A stretch of 64,000 nucleotides of DNA from NCBI RefSeq assembly GCF_963921235.1, contig NC_086098.1, positions 3,782,001 through 3,846,000 of the forward strand. Direction: 5' to 3'. This document shows positions 1 to 12,662 of the stretch, piece by piece (within the stretch, counting starts at the first letter, position 1; each line of letters opens with the position of its first letter). This stretch comes from Mobula hypostoma. Its lineage: Eukaryota. The position numbers and the translations under genes are program-made. The notes beneath the pieces are model-generated. The model saw only the letters and a program-made list of their open reading frames with translations. It searched no databases and was not told the origin of the DNA.

Positions 1-840
1 TCCCTAACTCCCTGTGTTCTGTTTTCTGGACCTCCTCCCTTTTTCTTCCTATTTCATTGGTATCAATATATACCATGACTTCTGGCTGCTCACCCTCCCT
101 TTTTAGGATATTGTGGATGTGTCCAGAAACATCTCAGACCCTGGTACTACCATCCATGTTTCCTTTTGGTGCCCACAGAATCACCTGTCTGTCCCCCTGA
201 CTACAGAGTCCCCTGCTACTGCTGCCATCCTCTTCCGTTCCCTATGTTTCTGAGCCACAGGGCCAGAGTCAGTGTCAGAGGCGTGGCCATTGTTGCTTCC
301 CCCAGGTAAGTCGTCACCCCCCAACAGTACTCAAAATGGAGTACTTATTGTTGAGAGGGTTGGCCACCGGGATCCTCTCCACTTCTGACGTTCAACCTTC
401 CTCTCCTGACAGTCATCCATTTATCTGTCTCCAGTAGCCTTGGGGTGACCACCTCCCTGTGGCTCCTGTGTATCACTGCCTCATTTTCACTAACAAGCCG
501 AAGGTCATCAAGCTGCAGCTCCATTTCTCTAACATGGTCTCTGAGGAGCTGTATTTCAATGCACCTGGTGCAGATGTGGCCATTGGGGAGGCCAGAAGTC
601 TCCTGGAAATTCCAGATCTGACACCCGGAGCAGAATGCTGGCTCTGCGTGCATACCCACTATTCTCTATAGAGTTAAATAAGGAATGAACTTGCCTTGCC
701 TCTGCCTGCTCTCACCAAAGCCCTTTTGAGCCAAAGCCTTTCTACCCTGACTCAAGACTTCTCCGACGACAACTGCTCCTATAATGACTGCTCTGCTAGG
801 TGGTACCTCTCTTTTATTGAGACTGGGTATTAAAAGCACT
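1..840 (-). mobile_element. CR1-type LINE 5' region / ORF1 remnant
   Basis: ORF 345-659 has the CxxC...CxxC plus coiled-coil pattern (CSGCQIW...HICTRCIEIQLLRDHVREMELQLDDL), also seen in the CR1 at about 42860. Confidence 0.7.
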
Positions 841-984
841 TTGTTGGACCTGTGCAGGAACGCTCCTGTTGTGCCTGCATGGTTCTCCAATCAACGACTC
901 ATGTTGAAAAGCTTGCTGGTTTTTCAAGCTTTGTCAGATCTGCATGGGAACACTCCTGTTGCATCTGCACAGTTCTCCAATTGG

Positions 985-1163
985 CACAGTTCCTCCAAGG
1001 CAGACCCTTTGTTTCCAGATATGAAGACAAAGCATTAAATATATCTTGGCCTTTGCAACAGAAAAAAATTTTCTTGAATTTCACCATCATTTACAAATCT
1101 TACAAATGCTACAACATGACATTTATTGGTGAAATTTGTTGACTCATCAACCTGGATAGAGAA
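985..1163 (-). mobile_element. hAT (Charlie/Buster-like) transposase remnant
   Basis: The minus strand reads FSIQVDESTNFTNKCHVVAFVRFVNDGEIQENF/FCCKGQDIFNALSSYLETKGLPWRNC, containing the hAT-Charlie DES(T) motif. Frameshifted. Confidence 0.75.
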
Positions 1164-1169
1164 GCTCAA

Positions 1170-1840
1170 ACAAGAGAAAATCTGCAGATGCTGGAAATCC
1201 AGAGCATCACACACAAAATGCTGGAGGAACTCAGCAGATCAGGCACCATCTATGGGAAAGAGTACAGCCGACGTTTCAGGCTGAGACCCTTCAGCAGGAC
1301 TGGAGAAAATTGATGAGCAGTAGATTTAAAAGGAGGGGGGACAGGACGAAGAAAGAGAAGGTGATAGGTGAAACTGGGAGGTGGGGAGGGTGAAGTAAAG
1401 AGCTGGGAAGTTGTTTGGTGAAAGAGACACAGGCTGGAGAAGGGCGAGTCTGCTGGAGAGGACAGAAGGCCATGGAATAAAGAAAAGGGTGGAGCAGCAC
1501 CAGAGGGAGGCACAGGCAGGCAAGAGGATAAGGCGAGAGAGGGAAATGGGAATGAGGTATGGTTGGGGGGGTGGGGGCATTACAGGAACTTGGAGATTCG
1601 ATGTTCATGCCATCAGGTTGGAGGCTACTCAGATGGAATATAAGGTGCTGTTCCTCCACCCCGAGTGTGGTCTCATCGCGATAGTAGAGGAGGCCATGCA
1701 CTCTGTCCATCAGAAGAAGTGTGATCTCCTAATATCTACCAATTTTAAATCCACTTTCCATTCCCTTTGGGATATGTCAATCCATGGCCTCCTCTACTGT
1801 TTATTCGTTCCGTAGATGTTGCCTTACCTGCAGAGTTGAT
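1170..1840. mobile_element. Penelope-like element 3' fragment, inverted arrangement
   Basis: Minus copy 1170-1697 ends its ORF with HGLLYYRDE...QPDGMNI and carries a degenerate hammerhead at about 1265-1302. A short plus-strand piece follows. Confidence 0.75.
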
Positions 1841-2318
1841 CCCTCTATGTTAGTCTCCCTCTATGCGTGTAATGATTTGTATGAACAGCATGTGTCAAGT
1901 GTTTCACTGTTGTTTTGGTACGCTTAAAAGCAATATACTAAAACAATTTAATATGATAGAGGACTTTGCCCAAACTTTATTGGAACCTTATCTTTGCTAT
2001 ACTTTGCTGTTATCAGTGTATACATACATCTTTATATTCTTTTTCTAATAAATATATTCCTATGCATCACAATCAGGAGAAAATCTGCAGAAATCTGCAG
2101 AAATCGGAGCAACACACACAAAATGCTGGAAGAACTCAGCAGACCAGGTGTTATCTAGGAAAAGTGTACAGTCGTCGTTTCGGGCCAAAACCCAAAACGT
2201 TGACTGTACTCTTTTCCTAGATGCTGCCTGGCTTGCTGATATTCCTACACGTGCACTGATTTTTGAAATGTGCAAATACACTTCACATTTTTTTAAACAA
2301 TTTTAATTTACTTTGCAG

Positions 2319-2371
2319 ACAACAAATCAGTCGTTTAGAAGATTTGGCACAGACTAATTCCTGTGATTTTG
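2319..2371 (+). CDS. MMS22L: MMS22L coding exon (R)QQISRLEDLAQTNSCDF(G)
   Basis: Acceptor ttactttgcag|, donor G|gcaagt (GC type). Resembles human RQQLYNLETLLQSSCDFG. The phase-1 end matches the next exon. Confidence 0.85.
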
Positions 2372-4384
2372 GCAAGTATAATGCTTTAATGATTCCTCTT
2401 GCTAATTAGTTTGAGGACAGGCTTATAGAAACAGAAGACATTGGAGACAACAGCAGGTTGGAAAAGAAGTATGTGTTGGATTCTGATGTTTTTGATCCAA
2501 GGTTCTTTTCGAAGTCAAGAAAGAGGCACAAACCTTTTTGCTTCATGTCATTTTATTAAGCCCATAAGACCATAAGATATAGGAGCAGAATTTGGCCATT
2601 TGGCCCATTAAGTCTGCTCCTCCATTTCGTAATGGCTGATCCAATTTTCCTCTCAACCCCAGTCTCCTGCCATCTCTCCATAACCCTTCATGCCCTGACT
2701 AATCGATCTATCAACCTCTGCCTTAAATATACATATGGACTTGGTCTGCCTGTAACAAGGAATTCCACAGGTTCACCACTCTCTGACTAAAGAAATACCT
2801 CCCCGTCCCCATTCTCAAAGGTCACCCCTCTATTCTGAGGCTGTGTCCTCTGGTCTGAGACTCTCTCACCCCAGGAAACATCCTCTTCACATCCACTCTA
2901 CAAAGGCTTTTCACCATTTGATAGTTTTCAATGAGGTCACCCTTTATTCTTCTGATTTCTAGTGAATTCAGTCCCAGAGCCATCAAACATTTCAAATGAC
3001 AAGATATTCAATCCTGGAGTCATTTTCGTCAACTTCCTTTGTACCCTCTCCAGTTTCAGCACATCCTTTCTAAGATAAGGGGCCCAAATCTGCTACAATA
3101 CTCCAAGTGAGGCCTCACCAGTGGTCTCAACATTACATCCTTGCTTTTATATTCTAGTCCTCTTGAAATGAATGCTAACATTGCATTTGCCTTCCTCACC
3201 ACAAACTCAACCTGCAAATTAACCTTTAGGGGATATTGCAAAAGACTCCCAAGTACCTTTGTGCCTCAGTTTTTTTGTATTTTCTCTCCATTTAGAAAAT
3301 AGTCAACACTTTTATTTCTTCTACCAAAGTGCATGACCATATGCTTCCCGACACTGTATTCCATCTGCCATTTCTTTGCCCATTCTCTGAATCTGTTTAA
3401 GTCCTTCTGTAGCCTCTTTACTTCCTCAAAAGTACCTGCCCCTCCACCTATCTTCAGATCGTCTGCAACCTTTACAACAAAGCCTTCAACTCCATCTTCC
3501 AAATCAATGACACATCACATAACAAGAATCGGTCCCAACACAAACCTTTGTGAAACACCACGAGTCACCGGCAGTCAACCAGAAAAGGCTCCTTTTATTC
3601 CCACTCTTTGCCTCCTGTCAATCAGCCACTGCTTTATCTATGCTAGAATCTTTCCTGTAATACCATAGGCTCATATGTAGTTTCATGTTTGACACCTTGT
3701 CAAAGGCCTTCTGAAAATCCAAGTACATGACATTGACTGATTCTCAGTTGCCTATCCTGCCTGTTATTTCTTCAAAGAATTCCAAGAGATTTGTTAGGCA
3801 AGATTTTCCCTTGAGGAAGCCATGCTGAATGCAGCCTATTTTATCATGTGCCTCCAACTACCTTGAGACGTCATCCTTAATAACCAACTCCAACATCTTC
3901 CCATCACTGAGGTCAGACTAACTGGCCTATAGTTTTCTTTCTTCTGCCTCTCTCCCTTCTTGAAGAGTGGAGTGACATTTACAATTTTCCAGTCTTCCAG
4001 AACCATTCCAGAATCTGGTGATTCTTGAAAGATCATTTCTAATGCCTCCACAACCTCTTCAGCCACCTCTTTCTGAACCCTGGGTTGTACATCATTTGGT
4101 CCAAGTGACTTATCCACCTTCAGACCTTTCCGTTTCCCATGAACTTTAACTAGTAATTGTAGCTTCACACACCTTATGCCCCCTAACACCTGGAATTTCC
4201 ACCATACCTCTAGTGTCTTCCACAGTGAAGACTGATGTAAAATACTTATTCAGCTTATCCACCATTTCCTTGTTCCCCATTGCTACTTCTCCAGCATCAT
4301 TTTCGAGTGGTCTGATATCCACTCTTGCTTCTCGTTTACACTTTATGTCTCTGATATCTTCTTTGTTATTACTGGCTAGCTTTA

Positions 4385-5885
4385 ACTTCTATTCTGGTGT
4401 CTGTCCCCCACTTTTCCTTCGCTACATCGACGACTGCATTGGCGCTGCTTCCTGCACGCATGCAGAACTCGTTGACTTTATTAACTTTGCCTCCAACTTT
4501 CACCCTGCCCTCAAGTTTACCTGGTCCATTTCCGACACCTCCCTCCCCTTTCTAGATCTTTCTGTCTCTGTCTCTGGAGACAGCTTATCCACTGATGTCT
4601 ACTATAAGCCTACTGACTCTCACAGCTATCTGGACTATTCCTCTTCTCACCCTGTCTCTCGCAAAAACGCCATCCCCTTCTCGCAATTCCTCCGTCTCCG
4701 CCGCATCTGCTCTCAGGATGAGGCTTTTCATTCTAGGACGAGGGAGATGTCTTCATTTTTTAAAGAAAGGGGCTTCCCTTCCTCCACTATCAACTCTGCT
4801 CTTAAACGCATCTCCCCCATTTCACGTACATCTGCTCTCACTCCATCCTCCCACCACCCCACTAGGAATAGGGTTCCCCTGGTCCTCACCTACCACCCCA
4901 CCAGCCTCCAGGTCCAACATATTATTCTCCGTAACTTCCGCCACCTCCAACGGGATCCCACCACTAAGCACATCTTTCCCTCCCCCCCTCTCTCTGCATT
5001 CCGCAGGGATCGCTCCCTACACAACTCCCTTGTCCATTCGTCCCCTCCATCCCTCCCCACTGATCTCCCTCCTGGCACTTATCCGTGTAAGCGGAACAAG
5101 TGCTACACATGCCCTTACACTTCCTCCCTTACCACCATTCAGGGCCCCAAACAGTCCTTCCAGGTGAGGCATCACTTCACCTGTGAGTCGACTGGGGTGA
5201 TATACTGCGTCCGGTGCTCCCGATGTGGCCTTTTATATATTGGTGAGACCCGATGCAGACTGGGAGACCGCTTTGCTGAACATCTACGCTCTGTCCGCCA
5301 GAGAAAGCAGGATCTCCCAGTGGCCACACATTTTAATTCCACATCCCATTCACATTCTGACATGTCTATCCACGGCCTCCTCTACTGTAAAGATGAAGCC
5401 ACACTCAGGTTGGAGGAACAACACCTTATATTCCGTCTGGGTAGCCTCCAACCTGATGGCATGAACATTGACTTCTCTAACTTCCGCTAAGGCCCCACCT
5501 CCCCCTTGTACCCCATCTGTTACTCATTTTTATGCACACATTCTTTCTCTCACTCTCCTTTTTCTCCCTCTGTCCCTCTGAATATACCTCTTGCCCATCC
5601 TCTGGGTCACCCCCCCCCCCGTCTTTCTTCCCGGACCTCCTGTCCCATGATCCTCTCGTATCCCCTTTTGCCTATCACCTGTCCAGCTCTCGGCTCTATC
5701 CCTCCCCCTCCTGTCTTCTCCTATCATTTTGCATCTCCCCCTCCCCCTCCAGCTTTCAAATCCCTTACTCACTCTTCCTTCAGTTAGTCCTGACGAAGGG
5801 TCTCGGCCTGAAACGTCGACTGCGCCTCTTCCTATAGATGCTGCTTGGCCTGCTGCGTTCACCAGCAACTTTGATGTATGTTGCT
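4385..5885 (+). mobile_element. 5'-truncated Penelope-like retroelement (RT C-terminus + GIY-YIG endonuclease + terminal repeat)
   Basis: Open frame to the stop at 5490 with RYIDD, FLDL, YYKPTDSHSYL, GVIYCVRCSRCGLLYIGET and RFAEH motifs. Confidence 0.92.
5786..5821 (+). ncRNA. Minimal type I hammerhead ribozyme in Penelope terminus
   Basis: agtc-CTGACGA-A-GGG-tctcgg-CCT-GAAA-CGTC-gact. Both core boxes are present, stem I is agtc/gact, and stem III is the palindromic ACGT. Predicted cut after GUC at 5817. Confidence 0.8.
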
Positions 5886-6508
5886 TTGGCTTTTATGTTG
5901 GCTTTGATTTCTCTTGTTAGCCACAGTTGTGCCTTCTTGCATTTGGAGTGCCTTTTCCTCTTGTGATCTATATATCCTCTGCCTTCTGAATTGCTTCCAG
6001 AAATTCCAGCCATTGCTGCGCTGCTGTTATCACCTGCCAGTGTTCTTTTCCAGTCAATTCTGGCCAAATCCTCTCTCATGCCTTTGTAATTCCCTTTACT
6101 CCACTGTAATAATGGTACATCTGACTTTAGTTTCTCCTTCTCAGATTTCAGGGTGAATTCAATCATATTACGATCACTTGTTCCTAAGGGTTGTTTTACC
6201 TTAAGCTCTCTAATCAATTCTGGTTCATTGCACAACACCCAATTCAGAAGAATTGACCCCCTAATGGGCTCAACCATGAGCTGCTCTAAAAAGCCATCTC
6301 GTAGGTACTAGAAATTCCTCTCCTGGAATCTAGCACTGATTTTTCCAAAAAAAATTGAAATCCCCCATGACTGAGAGGACTTCCGGGTCATCAAGGGAAT
6401 GGCGGCGTAAGGAAAGGGTCTCTCGACAAAAAAGAAGGTAAACTGCCCCAAAATCGAATTTAGACAAATACTTAATATTGCATAACTATATTAATAAAAG
6501 GGGCAAGG

Positions 6509-7483
6509 ATGATGTCTAAGAACAAGAATAAAAAGTCCGCTTCGAAGGCTGATAAACATAAAGAGATGCAGCAAGGCGACGGGCCTAGCTCTCCCACGGC
6601 AAGCCAGGACGCAGTTAATGAGGGGGAATCGGTGACTCTGTCTTTGATTCTCGAGTTCCGACAAGATAACAGCAAACAGCTGGAAGATATTAAAGGAGAA
6701 ATAGTAAAAACTAACTCGCGGATAGATGAAGCCGAAGCGAGGATTGTTGGAATTGAAGAGAAGCTACAAAATGCCGAGGAAGTGATAGCAGAAATGCTGA
6801 AGCTACAAGACCAACTCCAGTGGAAACTAATAGATCAAGAAGGCCGCTCGAGAAGGGAAAATGTGAGGATCTACGGAGTTCCCGAAGGAACCGAAGGTAA
6901 ACCCGGATTGATGATTCCCTTCGTGGAGAAGCTACTTAGAGAGAACCTTGATATATCGGCCGCAAAAGACCTACAGATAGAAAGGGCTCACCGAGCGTTG
7001 GCACCACAGCCTCCGGCAGGTGCCCAGCCCAGATCGATTCTGGTCAGATTTCTCAGTTACAGAACGAAGGAAGAGGTGCTTAAAAGAGCATGGCAAAAGA
7101 AAGGTTTCATGTGGAACAACTGTAAAATCAGTTTAGACCACGACTACGCACCGGGGATTCTTGCCAGACGGAAGGAATATACGGAAACACGGAGAGTCCT
7201 GAAGGAAAACAACATCAGATTCCAGACCCTGTATCCAGCTTGGCTGAGAGTCTTTTACGACGAAGGGACAAAAACTTACGCTACGGTGGAGGAGGCAACG
7301 TCGGACCTGGCGGACCGGGGACTACCTATTAAAGTTATCACCCAACCGGAGTCGCTACTGGAGAGGATTCGGCAGAAGTCGTGGCAGTTAGTGGGGCGAG
7401 GACGCTCCACTCGAAACAGAGTGTCAAACTACAAGGAAAAGCTGCAAATATTCAGACGCGAATGTACAGAGAATACAGATTAA
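6509..7483 (+). CDS. L1 ORF1p (coiled coil + RRM + CTD), intact 324 aa
   Basis: Motifs EGRSRRENVRIYGVPEG, IERAHR, PRSILVRF and LYPAWLRV. Confidence 0.9.
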   Translation: MMSKNKNKKSASKADKHKEMQQGDGPSSPTASQDAVNEGESVTLSLILEFRQDNSKQLEDIKGEIVKTNSRIDEAEARIVGIEEKLQNAEEVIAEMLKLQDQLQWKLIDQEGRSRRENVRIYGVPEGTEGKPGLMIPFVEKLLRENLDISAAKDLQIERAHRALAPQPPAGAQPRSILVRFLSYRTKEEVLKRAWQKKGFMWNNCKISLDHDYAPGILARRKEYTETRRVLKENNIRFQTLYPAWLRVFYDEGTKTYATVEEATSDLADRGLPIKVITQPESLLERIRQKSWQLVGRGRSTRNRVSNYKEKLQIFRRECTENTD

Positions 7484-7845
7484 TTAAGAGAAATGACTGA
7501 AAAGAGTAAATCGGACTTAAAAGTAAAATGAAAACTGGTAACTGAAAATAATCTAGGCGGAATAACTTGAATGATAGCAATATGGTCGAGACATAAATAG
7601 GAGAAAATTCTCTATGATTATTCAAACTGCTGAGGGCCCTCTAACACAGGGTGAAGATAGAGGTTATCCCTCTGAACTGAGGCGGGTCGGTGCTCAGGCC
7701 TCACTGTGGGAAGTCGGGGAAAATTTTCAAATGTTATACGTTCAGAAATGTCTAGGGTGTGGTTATATGTCTTGGTTTACTGTTGAGAAGGGATTGCTTA
7801 CTGTTTGGTTAGAAAAGGAGAGTGCTTTTTTTCTACTAGAGAAAA

Positions 7846-10800
7846 ATGCAAACTGAATTGGTAAAAATAATTTCCTATAATGTTAATGGGGTTTTGAATC
7901 CAATTAAAAGAAATAAGATTATGTCTAAATTGTAAAAAGAGAGGGCACAAATAGTTTTCCTCCAGGAAACACATATGAGCCAATCTGAACATGGAAAATT
8001 AAAAAGAATGGGCTTTAAGCATGTATTTTATTCATCATATAAATTGAGTCACAAAAGAGGGGTAGCTACTTTCATATCAAGTACTCTTAATTATGAACAT
8101 ATTTCAGAGACGAGAGACAAAGAAGGACGGTTTGTAAAAATCACAGGAAGAATAGAAGGTACAGAAATAACATTGCTGAATGTTTATGCTCCTCCAGGTA
8201 GTGAATGGTCATTTTATAGACACATTTTTGACCTCATGGTCAGTTCTCGAGGGGTAGTAATTTGAGGAGGGGATTTTAATATTAGATTAAATCCTATATT
8301 AGATTCTTCAAGAATAGTTACTCAGAATAAACCTCTGACTCGGAAAGTGAATTCATTGATGGAGGAGTTGGGAATTATAGATGTCTGGAGGGAATTACAC
8401 CCTACTAGTAAAGATTATACATATTACTCTTTCCCTCATTCAGCCTATTCAAGGATAGACTATTTCTTTATCTTTAATACAGATAGACTCAGGATAAAAA
8501 ACTGTAATATTGCAACAATTGATCTGTCGGATCATAGCCCAGTGTCTATGTCTCTAATCCTGGAAAGGAAAATGAGGAAAACACTATGGAGGCTAAACTC
8601 ACATATACTTAATAACCCAAAAGTAATGGAGAGATTAAGGGGAGAAATCAAAGAATATCTAGACCTTAATGACACGGGAGAAACATCACCAGTGATTTTA
8701 TGGGATACATTGAAAGCTGTACTGAGAGGGAAAATTATTTCCATTACTACTCGCATGAAAAAAATCAATGCACAAAAATTAGCAGACCTTCAAGGAAAAT
8801 TAAAACAACTTCAAGTTGGAGATAGCAACAAAAGTAATTCAAATCGAAAACAGGAAATTAGGAAATTGCAAAGTGAAATTGATGATATTTATACGTTGGA
8901 AACTCAAAGAAATTTTCTTTACCTGAGACAAAAGAATTATGAAGTAGGAGGTAAATCAGCTAGATTATTAACATATAAATTACGAAAACAACAAGCAGAC
9001 AATACAATTCATAAAATAAAGAATCCAAAGACAAAGCTTGTGGAGAGTACAATAGGGAAAATTCAAGAGAGTTTTGAAACGTATTATCGAGAGCTGTACT
9101 CCCAACCCCGGGCCCCCAATGAGCCCTATATAGACAGTGTATTGAATTTTTTAGATCTACCTAAACCTACAGATTTACAAAATGAAAGTTTATTAGAACC
9201 AGTAACTGTCAAAGAACTGAACGTGGCCATCTCTAGGTTAAAGGCTGGAAAGTCCCCGGGTTCTGATGGGTTTACCTCAGAGTGGTACAAGTCCCTGAAG
9301 ACACAGTTAGCCCCATTACTACTTAACACCTTTAATTGGATCTTGCAGAGAGGAGAAACTCCACCTTCCTGGAGAGAAGCGATTATTTCAGTTATTCCTA
9401 AAGAGGGTAAAGATAAACTAGAATGTGGCAATTATCGGCCAATTAGTGTTCTTAATTTAGATTACAAACTATTTACATCTATATTAACGCGCAGATTGGA
9501 AAAGCTTTTACCTGGCCTAATCCATTTAGACCAGACTGGATTTATTCAACAAAGACAAACACAGGACAACATAAGGAGAACTCTGCACATATTAGAACAG
9601 GTTAATAAGAACGAGACAGAGACAATGGTAGTAGGATTGGACGCTGAGAAAGCTTTTGATTCGGTTAGTTGGGCATTCCTATACAGAGTGTTAGGAAGAT
9701 TCGGCTTTCAAGAAAGGTTTATTAAAGTAATTCAGACTCTGTATGACAGCCCAACAGCCCGAATTAAGATAAATGGGGACCTCTCTGACTCCTTCATTTT
9801 AGAGAGAGGCACTAGACAGGGATGCCCAATTTCTCCTCTCCTTTTTGCGCTATATATTGAACCACTTGCCCAACTAATAAGACAGAGCGAAATCGTAAAA
9901 GGTATCAAGGTGGCAGGGATTGAACAGAAAGTGGCGTTATTCGCAGATGATGTTTTGGTCTATCTGAGTGAACCAGAAAAATCATTTATAGGATTGTTTA
10001 CACTGTTGGATGACTTTGGGAAAATATCAGGTTATAAAATAAATGTAAAGAAAACGCAGGTTATGTCCCTAAATTATACACCATCCAAAAAATTGCAGGA
10101 TACATACGATCTTAAGTGGGAAGCTAAATCATTAAAATATTTAGGAATAACCCTGCCGAAGGATCTTTCAACACTGTCACAGGTAAATTATGGGCCATTA
10201 ATCTCAGAGATAAAAGCAGATATGCATAGATGGAATCTTATCCCCTTTTTAAGTTTAAATTCAAGGATAAATACTATAAAAATGAATATTCTTCCTCGGT
10301 TATTATATCTTTTCCGTACTTTACCAGTGGAGGTGGATGATAATCAATTCAGGGAATGGGACATGGATTTCCCGCTTCATTTGGCAAGGAAGGAAACCTA
10401 GAATTCGATATAACACCTTACAGTTAGGGAAGGAAAGAGGAGGTATGGTTCTTCCTTGCCTGAGAAATTATTTTTATGCCTCACAGATAACCCTTCTGTT
10501 ATATTGGTGTAATAGGGAATATAAGGCTAGATGGAAGGAAATAGAATTTGGATTAGTTGACAGTTTTCCTCTTCAGGCCTCAATAGCTGACAAAGGATTG
10601 ATGGCCCAGTTGGAAAAATTTAATAATGCTTGGATAAATCTTACATTAAAAGTATGGCAGAAGGTGGTTAATTCATGTGGAATTAATAACATGCTAAAAC
10701 TCTTTAGATGGTGTGCATATGATACCGAATTCCTTCCCAACAGAGGAGATAAAAGATTTGAGCTATGGATAAAGAAAGGTCTTACAACCTACCTCTCATT

Positions 10801-11632
10801 TATAGATAAAAGAGTATTACAAAGTTTCCAAATCCTGCAGGACAAACATGGCCTAGAACATAATGACTTTTTTAGGTACCTTCAAATACGAAACTATGTT
10901 AACCAGAATTGTAGATATACAGACCTATCAACAGTAGAATTAGAATTTTTCAAGATTCTGAATTCGGCTTGCAGTTCAATACCTAGTAAATCAGTTTCTC
11001 GCCTATATAATGCACTCTCCCATGCTAAAAATGTAAATACACTGTATATTAAAGAGAAGTGGGAGAAAGAAGCGGGGTTGGTACTTTCAGAGGAGGCTTG
11101 GGGGAAAATCTGCAGCTTTCAATGGTCCTCGACTAATTCTTTGACTTGGAGAGAACATTGTTGGAAAAACATTATAAGATACTTCAAGACCCCATATCAG
11201 GAAAAATATAAAGATACAAATGTGATGTGTTGGAGAAGGTGCGGCTCTAAGGAGGCAAATCATTTTCATATTTTCTGGGATTGCCCTAAATTAAGTCTAT
11301 TTTGGGAAGGTATTCATAGAACATTAGTTAAGGTACTTAGGTCCCAGATACCTCTGAACTTTGAGACGCTCTATTTGGGGCATGTATTGTTCCTTGAACA
11401 AAAGGAAGATATAAAGTTGCTGTAGGCCCTCTTAGCAGCAAGTAAGAAATCAATCACTAGAAAATGGCTAAATCCAATACCACCTACATTAGAAGATTGG
11501 TACGAAATTATCTTGGAAATATTTAAAATGGAAAAGTTGACCTACTCCCTGAGAACTCAAAAAGAAACATTTTATCAAATCTGGAATAAATGGATTGAAT
11601 ATATAACCCCAATGCGAGCAGACTTTAGATGA
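7846..11632 (+). pseudogene. L1 ORF2p (APE endonuclease, RT, CCHC), disrupted
   Basis: Motifs SYNVNG, FLQETH, GDFN, SRIDY, SDH, LDAEKAFD, GTRQGCP, FADD and CWRRC...HIFWDC. Stops at 7933, 8263 and 11423, and a frameshift near 10360. Confidence 0.9.
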
Positions 11633-12378
11633 CTCTCCTAATGATTTATATTGCTCTTCTCATCAACACAGTAATATTGCTAACGTAAGCACCCCTAGTC
11701 TAAATGTTTGTTGTTTTTTTTTGGAAAATAGAGAATTAACACAAGTAAAGGGAAAGATTTGGGAAAGGGATAAAAAAAAATGAAAAAATTAAGTAAATAA
11801 GTACATAGGGATTGGATAATTATGTCTGCGGGCAGGAACAAGCACGAACAATTTGGGATATAAACACCTACAATGGTTGGTATATAGGCTTGTATGCAAC
11901 ATTTTGGACCAGTGGAAATGGTCCAGAAGGGTTGTATGGAAACTATTATTACCATTTTTCTTAACAACTAATTTCATTACTTAGCCTAATAGGTTAGATT
12001 TACCACAGTACATAATTATCTATTTAAATGTTTATTTTGCTTTTATATCATCTCAATGTGTACTTAAGAATGTATAAATAATTGTAGTTTTATACATATA
12101 AAAAAATGGAAAAGGTTATATGTGTGAAAAAAGTACATGATAATTGTGAACTCCTTATCCAAATAAAAATAAAATTAAAAAAAAAAAGAAATCCCCCATG
12201 ACTATTGGAACATTGCCCTTTTGGCATGTATTTTCTATCTCCCATTGTAATTTGTAGACCACATCTGAACTACTGTTTGTAGGTCTGTATACAATTCCCA
12301 TAAGGCTCCTTTAACCCTTGCAGTTCCTTAGCTCTATCCACAATGCTTCAATGCCTTCTGACCCAATGTCACCTCTTT

Positions 12379-12662
12379 TTTTTGGCGTGTGCCTGTGTGC
12401 ATGCGAGTCTGTGCGTGTGTGTCTGCGTGTATCTGTGATGTCTTTTTAATAATGGCTTTTACAAGCGGGACTGTGGTGCCCCACTCCTCACACAGGCATT
12501 TTCGCAGTATTTTTCCCTTTATTTTACGAGGTCGAGTTGCGATCTTGACACCCAACCCGGCATGGATGGAAAGCGCACTCGGGAGTGGACCTGACTGGTT
12601 TCGAACCCGGGAACCTCCGCTCCCGGGTCCGGCGCCGATGTCATTGCGCCACCAGCTGGCCC
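12379..12662 (-). mobile_element. tRNA-derived SINE with poly(A) tail and 13-bp TSD
   Basis: The minus-strand head has box A (TGGCGCAATG) and box B (GGTTCGAAAC). TSD ATGTCACCTCTTT at 12366-12378 and 12663-12675. Confidence 0.85.

Larger units (their letters stand above)
6373..12187 (+). mobile_element. Full-length L1-clade LINE with 16-bp TSD
   Basis: Has 5' UTR, ORF1, ORF2, AATAAA and an A-rich tail. TSD GAAATCCCCCATGACT at 6357-6372 and 12188-12203. Confidence 0.95.

Noticed and set aside
4213..5490. 425-aa ORF as a novel gene
   Set aside because: The first ~57 codons are antisense CR1 that happens to be in frame with a truncated Penelope ORF.
5780..6277. 165-aa minus-strand ORF
   Set aside because: CR1 remnant reading through into an antisense Penelope tail.
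12590..12662. tRNA gene
   Set aside because: Boxes A and B are present, but this is the head of a TSD-flanked SINE; no full cloverleaf or terminator was seen.
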